The notes under the pieces were generated by a model. That model searched no databases. It was not told the DNA's origin and worked only from the letters and a program-made list of their open reading frames with translations. A DNA stretch of 13,980 bases from Promethearchaeota archaeon (GTDB lineage: Archaea > Asgardarchaeota > Lokiarchaeia > Sigyniarchaeales > SOKP01), in NCBI GenBank assembly GCA_048938895.1, contig JBHLLU010000081.1, positions 1-13,980 on the forward strand, in the 5' to 3' direction. The position numbers and the translations under genes are program-made. Positions 1-11,400 of the stretch are shown here, piece by piece; the stretch's first letter is position 1, and every line of letters begins with the position of its first letter.

Positions 1-60
1 TTTTTAAGCCTTCTGGTATATATTATTTTTTTGTTAATTATTGGTTTTTGACTTTTTTGT

Positions 61-75
61 GATAAAGTTTTATAT
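61..75 (+). promoter_or_regulatory. Candidate archaeal promoter (BRE-like GATAAA plus TATA box TTTATAT)
   Basis: GATAAA (61-66) fits the BRE consensus RNWAAW and is followed by TTTATAT (69-75), about 130 nt upstream of ATG 202. The AT-rich background makes a chance match plausible. Confidence 0.35.
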
Positions 76-92
76 GTAATAGCGTAATCTTG

Positions 93-110
93 TTGCATAA
101 CGTTATCCAA
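93..110. promoter_or_regulatory. 18-bp near-perfect palindrome, candidate operator
   Basis: TTG-C-ATAACGTTAT-C-CAA: a perfect 10-bp core (97-106) plus TTG/CAA arms, with one mismatched pair (96/107). It lies 18-35 nt downstream of the candidate TATA box. Confidence 0.35.
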
Positions 111-201
111 TATTGAAGTGATATATTATAAGTATTTTCTATGTCTTTTTGTTTTGGGGAAAATTCTTGTAAGAGATTAACTAAATTAAAAATGAATTAA
201 A

Positions 202-2439
202 ATGAAGAAATCAATTATTAGCAAATTTATTCTGATAATATTAATAATATCCTTATTTTTACCTCAATTTAAGCCTCGTTTTCATCAAACCAAGAATAAT
301 TTAATTGGTTTAAATAGAGTGTCCACTCCATATCAATGGAATGAAACTATAATTAATGAGGGTATGGATCAGGGAAATTCCGTTGTTCTTGATAATAATG
401 AAGATATTTTAGTAACGGGGAGTGTTTACAACTCATCCAAACTTACTTCTGATTTATTTATTATAAAATATGGTAATAATGGTACTTTTAAATGGAATTA
501 CACATGGGGAGGTAACTCTGAGGATTCAGGAGTTTCTATTACAGTAGATTCCTCAAATGATATATATGTTGCTGGTTATAGTTCTAGTTTTACAAATAGA
601 AGTTATGATATTTGTTTATTAAAATTAGATTCTTCGGGAACTCTTCTTTGGAATACATCATGGGGAGGAGATGATGTGGATAAGGGCTATGGTGTCGAAG
701 TGGATGATCTTGGCAATGTATTTGTTGGTGGTTCAACCAAAATTAGTAATGGTTACGATGATGTTGTTTTATTGAAGTTTGATGCTTCTACAGGAAACTT
801 ACTTAAAAACACAACATGGGGTGATTATTACGATGAACGCGCTCAAGATATTGCCATTGATTCTTTTGGAAATGTATACTTAACAGGATATACTGATAGT
901 TTTGGTGCAGTAGTAAGAAAATTATTCCTAATCAAGTATAACACTACTGGAGATTTGGTGTATAATACGACCTTTGGAGATGATAGGTGGCATGAAGGGC
1001 GTTCTTTGGTCCTTGATTCAATTGAAAATATATATGTTGCAGGGTTTATCCAGAATTATGGAAAAGGTGGAGATTATATTTTACTTAAGTTTAATAGCAC
1101 TACAGGATCTATGGATTGGAATACGATCTGGGGCGGAGATGAGCATGATTATGGATATGGGTGTGCATTCGATTCAAAAGATAATATTTTAATTGTAGGG
1201 TCCACAGAAAGTTATGAAGGAAGTTATAGGAAGGTGTGTTTAGCTAAGTTTAATATTACTGGTCATTTTCAATGGTATAAAACCTTTAGCAATGAGATTG
1301 ATGATGTCGGATATGACATCGTCATTAATTCAGCAGATAGTGTATATATTACAGGAAAGACTAAATTATCGTTAAATGATTATGATATACTTATCATAAA
1401 AGATCATCCTATTCCATGGAAGTTTAAGGTTTCAACTGATGCTACCTCTCCGGATATCGATGGAACCTTTAATATTACATGGAGTATATCATTGGATGCA
1501 AAAAATTATTCATTATATCAATCTAATGTTTCTATTAGTGAAATAAATGGGAATGTAATAGAAATTGTTAAAGGGAATACAAACCGAACCGTTTTATTAG
1601 AAGATCTCGAGGAAGGAACTTACTATTATAAGGTTATTGCATTTAATGAAATTGGAAATAAAAGTTCAAATCAAATTAGAATTATAGTAAAGTATCCACC
1701 GAGTGATTTTATTCTAACTGAAGTAATACCTGCAATTAATACAGATGGGAAAGTCAATCTATTTTGGTCCTCATCATTACGAGCAGATAATTATTCAATA
1801 TATGTTAATGACAACTTTATAGATAATTTTAACAATAAGGGAACAAAAGTGATTGAAGGTTTGGCTAATCACTCATATTCTATACCCGGTACATTATCAG
1901 ATGGTAATTATTATTATGTAATCATCGCTTATAATAAAGCTGGTCTAAAAATGTCGAATTGTGTTAACGTAACTATTCAAAAAACTCCAAAATTCTTTGA
2001 ATTAACAAAGGAATTGGATAATAATGATTTTGACGAAGATGGTAAGTTCGTCTTATCATGGACAAGATCAAATTACTCACAATATTATCTCATCTACAGA
2101 TCCGTGAATTATATAACAGTTATAAATAAATCAGTCAGTTTAATTGGGAATTATACTCCTGATTTTGATTGGCCAGAATATCGCTATCCTATTTCAATCC
2201 GAAAAAATGGTACTTATTATTTTCTAGTGAAAGCGTTCAATAAATATGGGAATTATAGTTCAGAATGCATTCAAGTTGAGTTAAGATTACCTAAAGTCTC
2301 TCGACCGTCAGGGATTCCAATTGTCGTGATAATCATATTGAGTACCACTATCCCTATCGTGGGAGTAATAGGTGGGATATTTCTATATAAAAAAATGCGA
2401 ACTAGAGGAAAGGAGGACGTGGTAAATGGAACAGGATAA
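202..2439 (+). CDS. Membrane-anchored surface protein: SBBP-type 7-bladed beta-propeller, 3 FN3/Ig-like domains, C-terminal TM helix
   Basis: Basic then hydrophobic N-terminus (MKKSIISKFILIILIISLFL). Seven ~50-aa repeats of the form WNxTWGG..D.G..I.VDS.GNIYV.G...D..LLK(F/Y) at ~331-1404. Three ~95-aa repeats P..F.L.....DG.FNL.W..S..A.NYS.Y...G.YYY.V.AFN..G starting near 1408, 1693 and 1981. Hydrophobic IPIVVIIILSTTIPIVGVIGGIFLY followed by KKMRTR. Many N-x-S/T sequons. Confidence 0.92.
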   Translation: MKKSIISKFILIILIISLFLPQFKPRFHQTKNNLIGLNRVSTPYQWNETIINEGMDQGNSVVLDNNEDILVTGSVYNSSKLTSDLFIIKYGNNGTFKWNYTWGGNSEDSGVSITVDSSNDIYVAGYSSSFTNRSYDICLLKLDSSGTLLWNTSWGGDDVDKGYGVEVDDLGNVFVGGSTKISNGYDDVVLLKFDASTGNLLKNTTWGDYYDERAQDIAIDSFGNVYLTGYTDSFGAVVRKLFLIKYNTTGDLVYNTTFGDDRWHEGRSLVLDSIENIYVAGFIQNYGKGGDYILLKFNSTTGSMDWNTIWGGDEHDYGYGCAFDSKDNILIVGSTESYEGSYRKVCLAKFNITGHFQWYKTFSNEIDDVGYDIVINSADSVYITGKTKLSLNDYDILIIKDHPIPWKFKVSTDATSPDIDGTFNITWSISLDAKNYSLYQSNVSISEINGNVIEIVKGNTNRTVLLEDLEEGTYYYKVIAFNEIGNKSSNQIRIIVKYPPSDFILTEVIPAINTDGKVNLFWSSSLRADNYSIYVNDNFIDNFNNKGTKVIEGLANHSYSIPGTLSDGNYYYVIIAYNKAGLKMSNCVNVTIQKTPKFFELTKELDNNDFDEDGKFVLSWTRSNYSQYYLIYRSVNYITVINKSVSLIGNYTPDFDWPEYRYPISIRKNGTYYFLVKAFNKYGNYSSECIQVELRLPKVSRPSGIPIVVIIILSTTIPIVGVIGGIFLYKKMRTRGKEDVVNGTG
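331..1404 (+). repeat. Seven in-frame beta-propeller blade repeats (SBBP-like) in gene 1
   Basis: Seven blades can be counted in the translation, e.g. WNYTWGGNSEDSGVSITVDSSNDIYVAG, WNTSWGGDDVDKGYGVEVDDLGNVFVGG and WNTIWGGDEHDYGYGCAFDSKDNILIVG. Confidence 0.85.
2411..2416 (+). promoter_or_regulatory. Shine-Dalgarno sequence of gene 2, embedded in the 3' end of gene 1
   Basis: AGGAGG at 2411-2416 with a 9-nt spacer to ATG 2426. Confidence 0.75.
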
Positions 2440-5400
2440 ATTATTTAAAAGTGAAAAGAATAGATATATTTTAGCAATTTTTTCGTTATATCTTATTTTA
2501 TCTGCATTTTTAATTGGTTGCAAAGACGTTTGGGGGCAACCTCAGATTAATAATTTTACCGCTTCTCGTAATCCTGTTGATGTAGGGGAAGATATTCAAT
2601 TTGAGTGGGAAATAACCGGCTATCAACAAGTTTTGATCAATTTTGGGGATGGCACTCCTTTAGATGTCACGGGAGAAACTAATATTATCCATTCTTACTC
2701 CTTAGAGGGAAGATATGATGTAATTATTACTGCTATAGATAGTTCGGGAGATTCTACTAACCGAATTATAAACATGGTTGTGGAAAATAATGCCCCTTCG
2801 TTTAGTTTTGCATTCGATGTTGAAAATAATATTGCTTATGAAGATGAGTCTGTGAATATCTCAGTAGTTGATATGATTGAATCTGATTTTGATAAAGTGC
2901 CTGGTGTACTTACTTATATTTATGATTTTGCAGAGGGAACTGAAAGTCAGGTTTTAACCAATCAAAGTTCAGTAATTCACGCTTGGAGTAATGCAGGCAC
3001 ATATCCTGTAACTATAAGTGTAGTAGATGACCAAGGAGCACTAAGTCAACAAACTAAGGATATTAAGATCATAAATCAAGCACCTTCAGCCGAGATAAGT
3101 ATAGCCGTCGATGAAGATTACGGAGAGGCTACAAATAAATATATTGCCACTTATAATTGGCAAAATGCGATAATTGATTCGATCCCGAATGGATGGACCA
3201 TTTATAGCTTAGAGGGTTTAAATCCTCCATTAACCTCCGTCAGTATTGTTGAGAGTGGTGATGAGGCTCATGACAAGGTTCTTAGGCTAAATGATAACTC
3301 TCATCAAAAGGGAATCTCAATAGGAAATACCTTTGAAGGTCAGGATTATGGAACCGTTGAATTTTGGGTAAGAAGTAGCGATATATCTTCTAAAACGTGG
3401 GCGCTCTCATTGTGGGATGATACAGATATGGCATTACAAGTCTTAGTAGATGATATGAATTGGCAATATACCACAAATACGAATTATTACTCAATATATT
3501 CCTCGTTTAATGCGGAAGCTGATCTCTGGTATCATGTGAGAATTGATTTTTGTATAGACAATTCGAGTGGAAATTATTACAACCTTACCTCTCAGCAATT
3601 TAGGATAACAGTAAATGATTTGGAATCTTCTATATTTACTATTGATAATGTTGATATAACTAAGATAAATACTCTTAAATTAGAAACGAGCATACGAGAC
3701 ACAGGTACAAGCTGGATAGACGCAATTGGTTATTCATGGGATCCTTATTACCAAGTTGGAGATAACAGAAATCCTGTAATTACATATTCAGATAAAGTAG
3801 TCTTTTTAATGAATGCGATAAATATCGTTGAATCTGAGAGTGATATGGATTCATTAAGATATTTCTGGCAGTTTGGAGATGGTACTTGTTCATTTGGAAA
3901 ATATGTACAACATCAATACGGAGCTCCAGGATTTTATAAGATTGTGTTAATGGTTAAAGATGATAATGGAGAAATTGACATTGCGCAGGATTACTTATCT
4001 GTAAATAACATGAATCCTACTATTGATATAAACTCAATAGAGGATCCAATTACAGTTTATGAAGGGCAAACTATTGGATTCAATGCTGATGTAATAGATG
4101 ATGCAAGTGATATGGCTAGTCTTGAATATTTCTGGAATTTTGAATTTGACGATCCAATTTTTGATCCCAATAATTTAGATGAGTTTGAATATGGGGGCTG
4201 GAAAAAATCTCATATTTACAGTGACGATTATACCGGGGACATTTATACCGTTGTAAGAGATCCTGATAATTATACAAGCTATAGCTCAGTGGGAGTTAAT
4301 GTATTAAATGTAGATCCTACCCTAAGCATATGGGATGCAAGTATTGTTGCTGATTGTTCGGTCCTGATCTCAAGATCGAGCGAAGAGATAGATGCTGATT
4401 TCACCATAGCCCTTTTAGGAAATAATGAGCCAATTTTATATAAGAACTTTAGTTTTACTGAGTCTAATAATAATTTTATCTATTTTACTAAAGAATTAGT
4501 ATCACTTTCTCTCTCAAAATATTGGCAACTTGTTATAAAATCCTCTATAGATATTCCAGAATATAGCTGGTTTAAGTACGATCTGATTTTACTCATGCAA
4601 AATGGAGAAACACTAATTCTCTCATCAGATAAACTCTACGGAGGTTCTGATGGCTATTGGGAAGTAGTTCTTAATCCATATTTCTATGACAGTACCAATC
4701 ACAATTTTAGGTATCCAGTTACTTTTCACACCCATGTATGGGATCCTTCTACAGACGATATTACTTTATCTCTATCTTATGACGCACATTTCTTACTAAA
4801 TCTAAATAGTTCCACTAGTTTACCAGGAGGATATTCTTCCACGAAATATTATACTTTTAATGACGTAGATTATAGGATTATTGTATATGAGCAAGCTGGA
4901 TCTAATTATGCAAACATATCTATAAACCAATTAGTAGCCATGGAGCTATATGATGAAAATAATTTCCCCGTTGCTTTAAATTTGAATTTTACAATAGATC
5001 CGCTGTTAAATCTTACCAGTTTTTTTAACATAATTGAGACTGATTTTCCTCTCTCAAATATAGCTCTAAAAGATTGTTTGGAGGCAGAACATTGCTTATC
5101 TGCAAATATTTTTGATGACGATGGAGGAAGTGATGCTTTAACAATTAAGTTCAACACAATGAGTTCTATAGCTATAGAAAATCTTTGTCCTAAATTAATC
5201 CCAAACATACCTATTTTATCATCAGAGACCAGAAATATAACTATTTATGCCCAGGTATGGGATTATGATGAGAATCTTGAACTCATGAATGCGTTTTTGC
5301 TATGTCCAATCGATTATTCTAACACTACGATCATTGATGAATTAGTGTGTGATTATATCAATACCTCCAACAAACTCCCTATCGATACTCATAGGTTTAT

Positions 5401-8400
5401 AGAATCGAATAACGGAACCTTCTATATTGTTGATTCTACGAATCCCGGTGTGTTGTTAAAATCGATAAACGAGGGTAATACATGGAACTCTATTCTCACA
5501 TTAGGAGGAGGATATGAAATTGCGGCTATGTGGTATGATAGAAATATGGAGGTTATTTATCTTGCCTGTTCAAATGATATAAAAGTTCAGATTATAAAAC
5601 ACAGACTTTATGATGATTATTCCACCTATAGTAGTGAGAGATATGGAGGAAATTTAGAAGCCTTGGATCTTGCCTTAATTGATACTATGTTATATGTGGG
5701 ATATGGAAATAGTAGTGGGAATGATGCTTACATGGTATTTGGAGCGTTAGATACTAATACTATGTCATGGATGGGAACATATTCATTGTATATGGGAACT
5801 TTTAACGATAGACAATATAAAATAAGTTCTTTTGTAACCAATAATACTCAAATTTACTATCTATGGCAATGGGTAAACGAAAATGTTGAACTTTGGTTTT
5901 ACAATGTTTCAGATCATACATTTACAAATTTAAATTCAGATTCAAGGATAGAGTCATTATTGACTAATACAGATTTATTAGAACGACCATATAGAGGATT
6001 AACTCATGATGGAGCTGAAATTATTAGCGTTCTGTTGAAGAATACAGAGTACACAGAAAAAGGACACTATCCAGCCACTATGAGTTTTAAGAATGATGAT
6101 GTACCCAATGAACCAGATTGTTTCGAAGAAATTGGTACTGCAGGTGGTACTGTGAATGTTATCTCTGAACTGGACGGTCATAAAAAAGTATTAAAAATAT
6201 TCGATAATAGTCTTGATTTAAAAAATGCCTATGTTATTAAAGAACTTTCTTCAACTCCTAATAACGGAACAGTAGAGTATTGGATGTGGTCTGATAACAC
6301 TTGGAAAATTAATGTTTTTCGGTTAGATAATGGTAATGATGCTAGTACGCTAGTCCGAATGAGAACCCTCTTTAATGTTTTACAGTATTATAATGGGACT
6401 AGTTGGAAGAATATACGATGGATACAGAATAATACGTGGTATCACTTTAGAGTGGATTTTGAGTGTAGTACTGATGGATATCAAGGATTATCACAATATA
6501 GCTGGTGTTTGTATGTAAATGGAATAAAATATGGTCCATTTCCATTTGAAACCATTCAACCTCAAGCATATCAAATTGCATGGTATACAAGTGCTCTATT
6601 ATTAATGGGATTTTACTCTTATTGTATTGATGCAATCGGATTTTCCTGGGATCCGGATTATATTACTGGAGATAATATAAATCCGACCGATCCTGGTCAT
6701 TTTCCAGCAACTTATAGCTTTAGGTATGACGATCCTCCCAATGAACCAGATACTTTTGAAGTAGTCGGAACTGCAGGTGGTACTGTAAATGTTAGAAGTA
6801 TGATCGATGGCCATAAAGATGTTGTAGAACTATATGACAACCATACTGGTCTTCAAAATGCCCGTGTTATTAAAGAACTTGATATATTCCCAGATCATGG
6901 GACACTAGAATACTGGATGAGATCTGATGATGCTTCTAAACTTTGTGGTTTTCGACTAGATAATGGGGCTGTCGCTAATTCATTGGTTAGATTGAGGACT
7001 CTATTCAACGTATTACAATATAATAATGGCACTAATTGGAAAAATGTTGCTTTCATCCAAAATAATACATGGTATCATCTTAGAATAGATTTTGAATGCA
7101 CGAGTGGAGGGTATAGAGGATTATCACAATATACATGGCGTCTTTTTATAAATAGTATCAATTATGGAGTTTTTCCATTTGAAAATAATGAAGCTCAAGC
7201 AAGCCAAACTGTATGGAATACAGATAATTCTCTTTTAGGATTTGCATATTATTACTATTATATTGACGCAATAGGTTTTTCCTGGGATCCAGATTACATG
7301 GTTGGAGATAATATTAATCCCACAGAACCGGGTCATTATCCTGCAACTTATAGTTTTGAAAACGATTTTCTTCCAAACGAGCCTGACTCTTTTGAGGAAA
7401 TCGGGACTGTGGGGGGTACTGTTAATGTTATTAATGTACTTGATGGACACAAAAAAATTCTACAACTTTTTGACAACAATAGTCTTTTAGCTAAAGCCTA
7501 TGTTATCAAAGAACTTTCATCAACTCCTACAAACGGAACGATAGAATATTGGATGAGATCTACTGACGTCTTCAAAGTATGTGGTTTTCGGTTAGATAAT
7601 GGTTCTGAGGGAGGGAGTTTGGTCAAAATAAGAACATTATTCAATGTATTGCAATATGAAGATGGAGAGGGTTGGCATAATATACGATTCATGGAAAAAA
7701 ACAGATGGTATCATTTCAGGATTGAGTTTGAATGTACTGATGGAGATTATAAAGGATTATCTCAGTATTCTTGGCGTTTGTTTGTTGATGGGATAAAATA
7801 TGGGGATTTTGATTTTACTAACAATGTGACTCAAGGGAGCCGAATTGAATGGCATACTGGTTCTCTTATAGGATCTGGTTATTATTTCTATTATATTGAT
7901 GCTATAGGATTTTCGTGGGATCCAGAGTATGAAATTGGGGATAATTTATTTATGGAAAGTAAGTATTATTATTGTACTTATAGTGTAAGTTCAAATACTC
8001 TCATTAGATACCGCCAAAATGAACAACTTGCTTTAATGTTAAATCGCAATACAGCTCCCGGAAATTCTGAAAAAGCATTTAGCATTGGTGATAAAATTTA
8101 TCAAACAGGTGCAGGTGGGATGATAACTTTAAGTTCTACACCACTTTTTAACTCTAGTAAAATAAGAGCAATATCGGATAATTATCTTTTTACTGATGAT
8201 GGGAAGGTTTATAAACTATTTTCTCCCTATTTTACGGGAGATTGCTCAGTAGAGTTTTTTGATGGATTGGGAAGTGGTATATATGAAGGGGAATTATCTA
8301 ATAATCTTGAATTTTCAACAAGACATTTTACTATTTATGAGGGAATCCTCAATTTTGTGGGGGAAGAATTTTATTTAATCACTATGAAGGCAGATGATGG

Positions 8401-11400
8401 TTTTAAGGTGACTAAATCAGGTGGGCTGCTTTCTTTTGATTTAACGATGCCATTTGCCACAATAAGAGATTTTCCAAATGAGACCGTTGAAAGTGAGGAA
8501 ATACAATTAATGGCTGATATTTCTGTTTTTGGACAGGAGGATCCTGATCCCCAAGTTTATAATCTAAAATGGATCTTTGGTGATGGAAGTTATTCATATA
8601 TCCAAAATCCAAGGCATGCATGGACTAGTGCTGGAACTTATAATGTTACGCTATTATTGGTTGATTGTTATGGAAATAAATTTATAACAAATAAAACTAT
8701 TGAAATTAAAGAACAAGCACCAGAAATCAATGGTCCTTTTTATTTTCAAGGAGTTGAGGAACAGGGAATTATACTAGACATCGGAATTTATGATAGTATA
8801 ATTGATGAGCAATATCTAAGTTATTCTTGGTATAATGACATCGGAACTGAGATTTTAGATTTTAAAAACAATAGTAAGCCTATTTTAGTGTTAAATGACG
8901 GTGAATATAATTATACACTCAAAGTTGAGGATAAAGGGGGAAATATTGCCACAGCAAACATTACTGTTTATGTTGAAGATGTTCCACCAATTTTATTTGT
9001 GACAAATTATGGCTACTATGGTACTTTTGGTGGAATGATGAAACTAAATGCGTATGTACTAGATAATGCTAATGACATCGATAATATGGAATTTGAATGG
9101 ATTCTCAATCATGGAACCAATAGTTCAATCTATAATACTTTAAATACGGGAATTTGTAATACTCTAACGTTTGAGAATTATATGAAGCCTACTGTTTGTT
9201 TAGGGCAGATTAAAGTTAATGACTCTTTATCTGGAAAAAGCAGTGTTGCAAGTTTTACCATAACTAACTTAATCGATTCTAATAGAAATAATATTCCTGA
9301 TGATTATGAATGGATGATTGAAGAATGCGGCTGGGTATTCAATATTTCTATTACTTATCAAGATGATGATCTCGATAATTTAATTAATTTCTATGAGACA
9401 AATGTATCTTATACCAATCCTTATGATCCAGATACGGATAATGATGGTCTGTATGATGGGTATGATATTTATGGCTTTGGAGAAAGACCTTTTAAGACTG
9501 ACCCAAATAATCCTGATACGGACGGAGATTTATTAGATGATTCAACCGAAGTTTTTGGATGGAGTATTAATTCTGAACTTCTAGGGGATATTACAGTAAC
9601 TTCAGATCCACTGAAAAATGATACTGACGGAGAAGGCTTATTAGATAATATTGAATTTGAGAAAGGTACCGACCCGCGGAATCGCGATACAGATAATGAA
9701 GGATTAAATGATTTTTTGGATCCATATCCTCTTAAGAGAGACAAGGATGAAGATGGCTTAAATGATTTTTTTGAATTTTTGCTGGGAACTGAATTAAATG
9801 TCGCAGATACCGATGGAGATAGTTTATCAGATGGTCAGGAGGTTCTTGGTTGGGGTTTTAGAACAAATCCACTAAGTAGAGATTCTGATCACGATTTTCT
9901 TTTAGACGCTGAGGAAGTAAACTCCTATCAATTTAAATTAGAGGAAAGAACTGACTTAAGCACTCCGGTGTATTTATGGTTCAATAAATTTATGGGAAAG
10001 GCATTGAGTGCCCAACTTGCCATCTGCATAGTGTTTGGTGAGGTAAGTACTGAAGGGGAGGGCTATGGCATAGCTGATGTTCCAGATGTAGAAGTTACTG
10101 TTACGAAAATGAGTGCAAACCTTGAATTATATAAAGGCTGTACCAACGGATCAAGATACTTCTCGGAAGTAATTGATATTCGGGAAAAGATTGAAGAGAA
10201 GTCTTTAAATTATTGGGGTGGATATAAAGTCAGTATTAATGATACCACTGCTGGTTGTTTACTTGAACAATTCGAAATAGGTGTAACTGGGTATCTAAAT
10301 CCAAACAATCCTGATTTTGACAGAGACAAAATAATGGATGGTGTAGAGAAGGATTTACTAGTTAATGGCACATCACAAATTGATTTCAATGAGGTTTATT
10401 TAAACAATAACTTTACGACTCATTATAGTTCAGAGGATTTAGCTTTAATGCATTATTCTGCAACAAATTCCTTTGAAAACGACACCATTGGAGCTGATCC
10501 TGGGTGGTTTGAATATGTTAATGAAAATGGAGGTTCAGTTCAAGTTATAAAGGAGTTAGGAGGTCACTCAGAAGTTTTAGAACTGCATGATGAGAGCACT
10601 GGTTATAACCAGAATGCCTACGTTCTTAAAACCATTTCACGTAATTCAGGAACTATAGAATATTGGATGAGGTTTAATGCAACGACAAAACTATGTGGAT
10701 TTAGGTTAGATAACGGTGATATATCTAATGAACTTATAACAATTAGGGCATTTAACAATTTCTTTCAACTTTTTGATGGTACTAGCTTTCAAAATATTAT
10801 ACCGATACAGAATAACACATGGTATCACATTAGAGTTGATTTCGAGTGTACTTCGGGACAGTATAGAGGATTATCTCAATATACTATGCGTCTCCTCATA
10901 AATGGCATTACAATTGGAGTGTTCCCATTTGTCAATAATGAAGCTCAAGCAAGCCGAATTGAATGGTATACAGATAGATACTCTTCTGTCCCAGAACATT
11001 ATTATTTCATCGATGCCATAGGACTCTCTTGGGATTCTAATTATAAGGTTGGAGACAATTTTATAGGTGAAAATGGTTCATATTTCTTGGAGCCTGGTAA
11101 TTTCCCTGGGACATATTCATTTGAACAAATTCCAATTGGAGGTCAGCCTTCAGCATGGGTAATCAATGAAACTGGTGGTAATCTTCAAGTCATAGAAGAA
11201 TTGGATGGACATAAATCAATAGTGGAGATGAACCAGACAACTAGTGTTTCTGCAGTAAGTATGACTCGAGGATTAATTATACCACACCAGAGTGGCACAA
11301 TTGAATGGTGGTGGAGAACCACTAATGCATCACATATAACCGAATTTGGAATAGGAAATACCTCTGTAAATTTCCTTAGACTTAGGATCAATAACAATAA

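Noticed and set aside
183-206. Short duplicated AATTAAAA(A)TGAA giving a mini-ORF ATG-AAT-TAA (192-200) just before ATG 202
   Set aside because: Low-complexity A/T sequence, easily produced by chance, with no supporting evidence of regulatory function.
974-1192. 72-aa plus-strand ORF from the track
   Set aside because: Out-of-frame shadow inside gene 1 with no recognisable features.
5503-5582. AGGAGGAGG followed by an out-of-frame ATG at 5514
   Set aside because: It is the Gly-Gly-Gly codons of gene 2, the spacing is poor, and the frame closes after 22 codons.
5999-7450. Three mutually similar minus-strand ORFs (5999..6181, 6602..6814, 7235..7450) that look like a small paralog family
   Set aside because: Their similarity simply mirrors the plus-strand LamG-like repeats.
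6062-7948. Possible diversity-generating retroelement template/variable repeats or CRISPR-like array
   Set aside because: The repeats are ~630-nt in-frame protein domains with many synonymous differences and no adenine-specific pattern that I could see. There is no reverse transcriptase, cas gene or repeat-spacer structure in the window.
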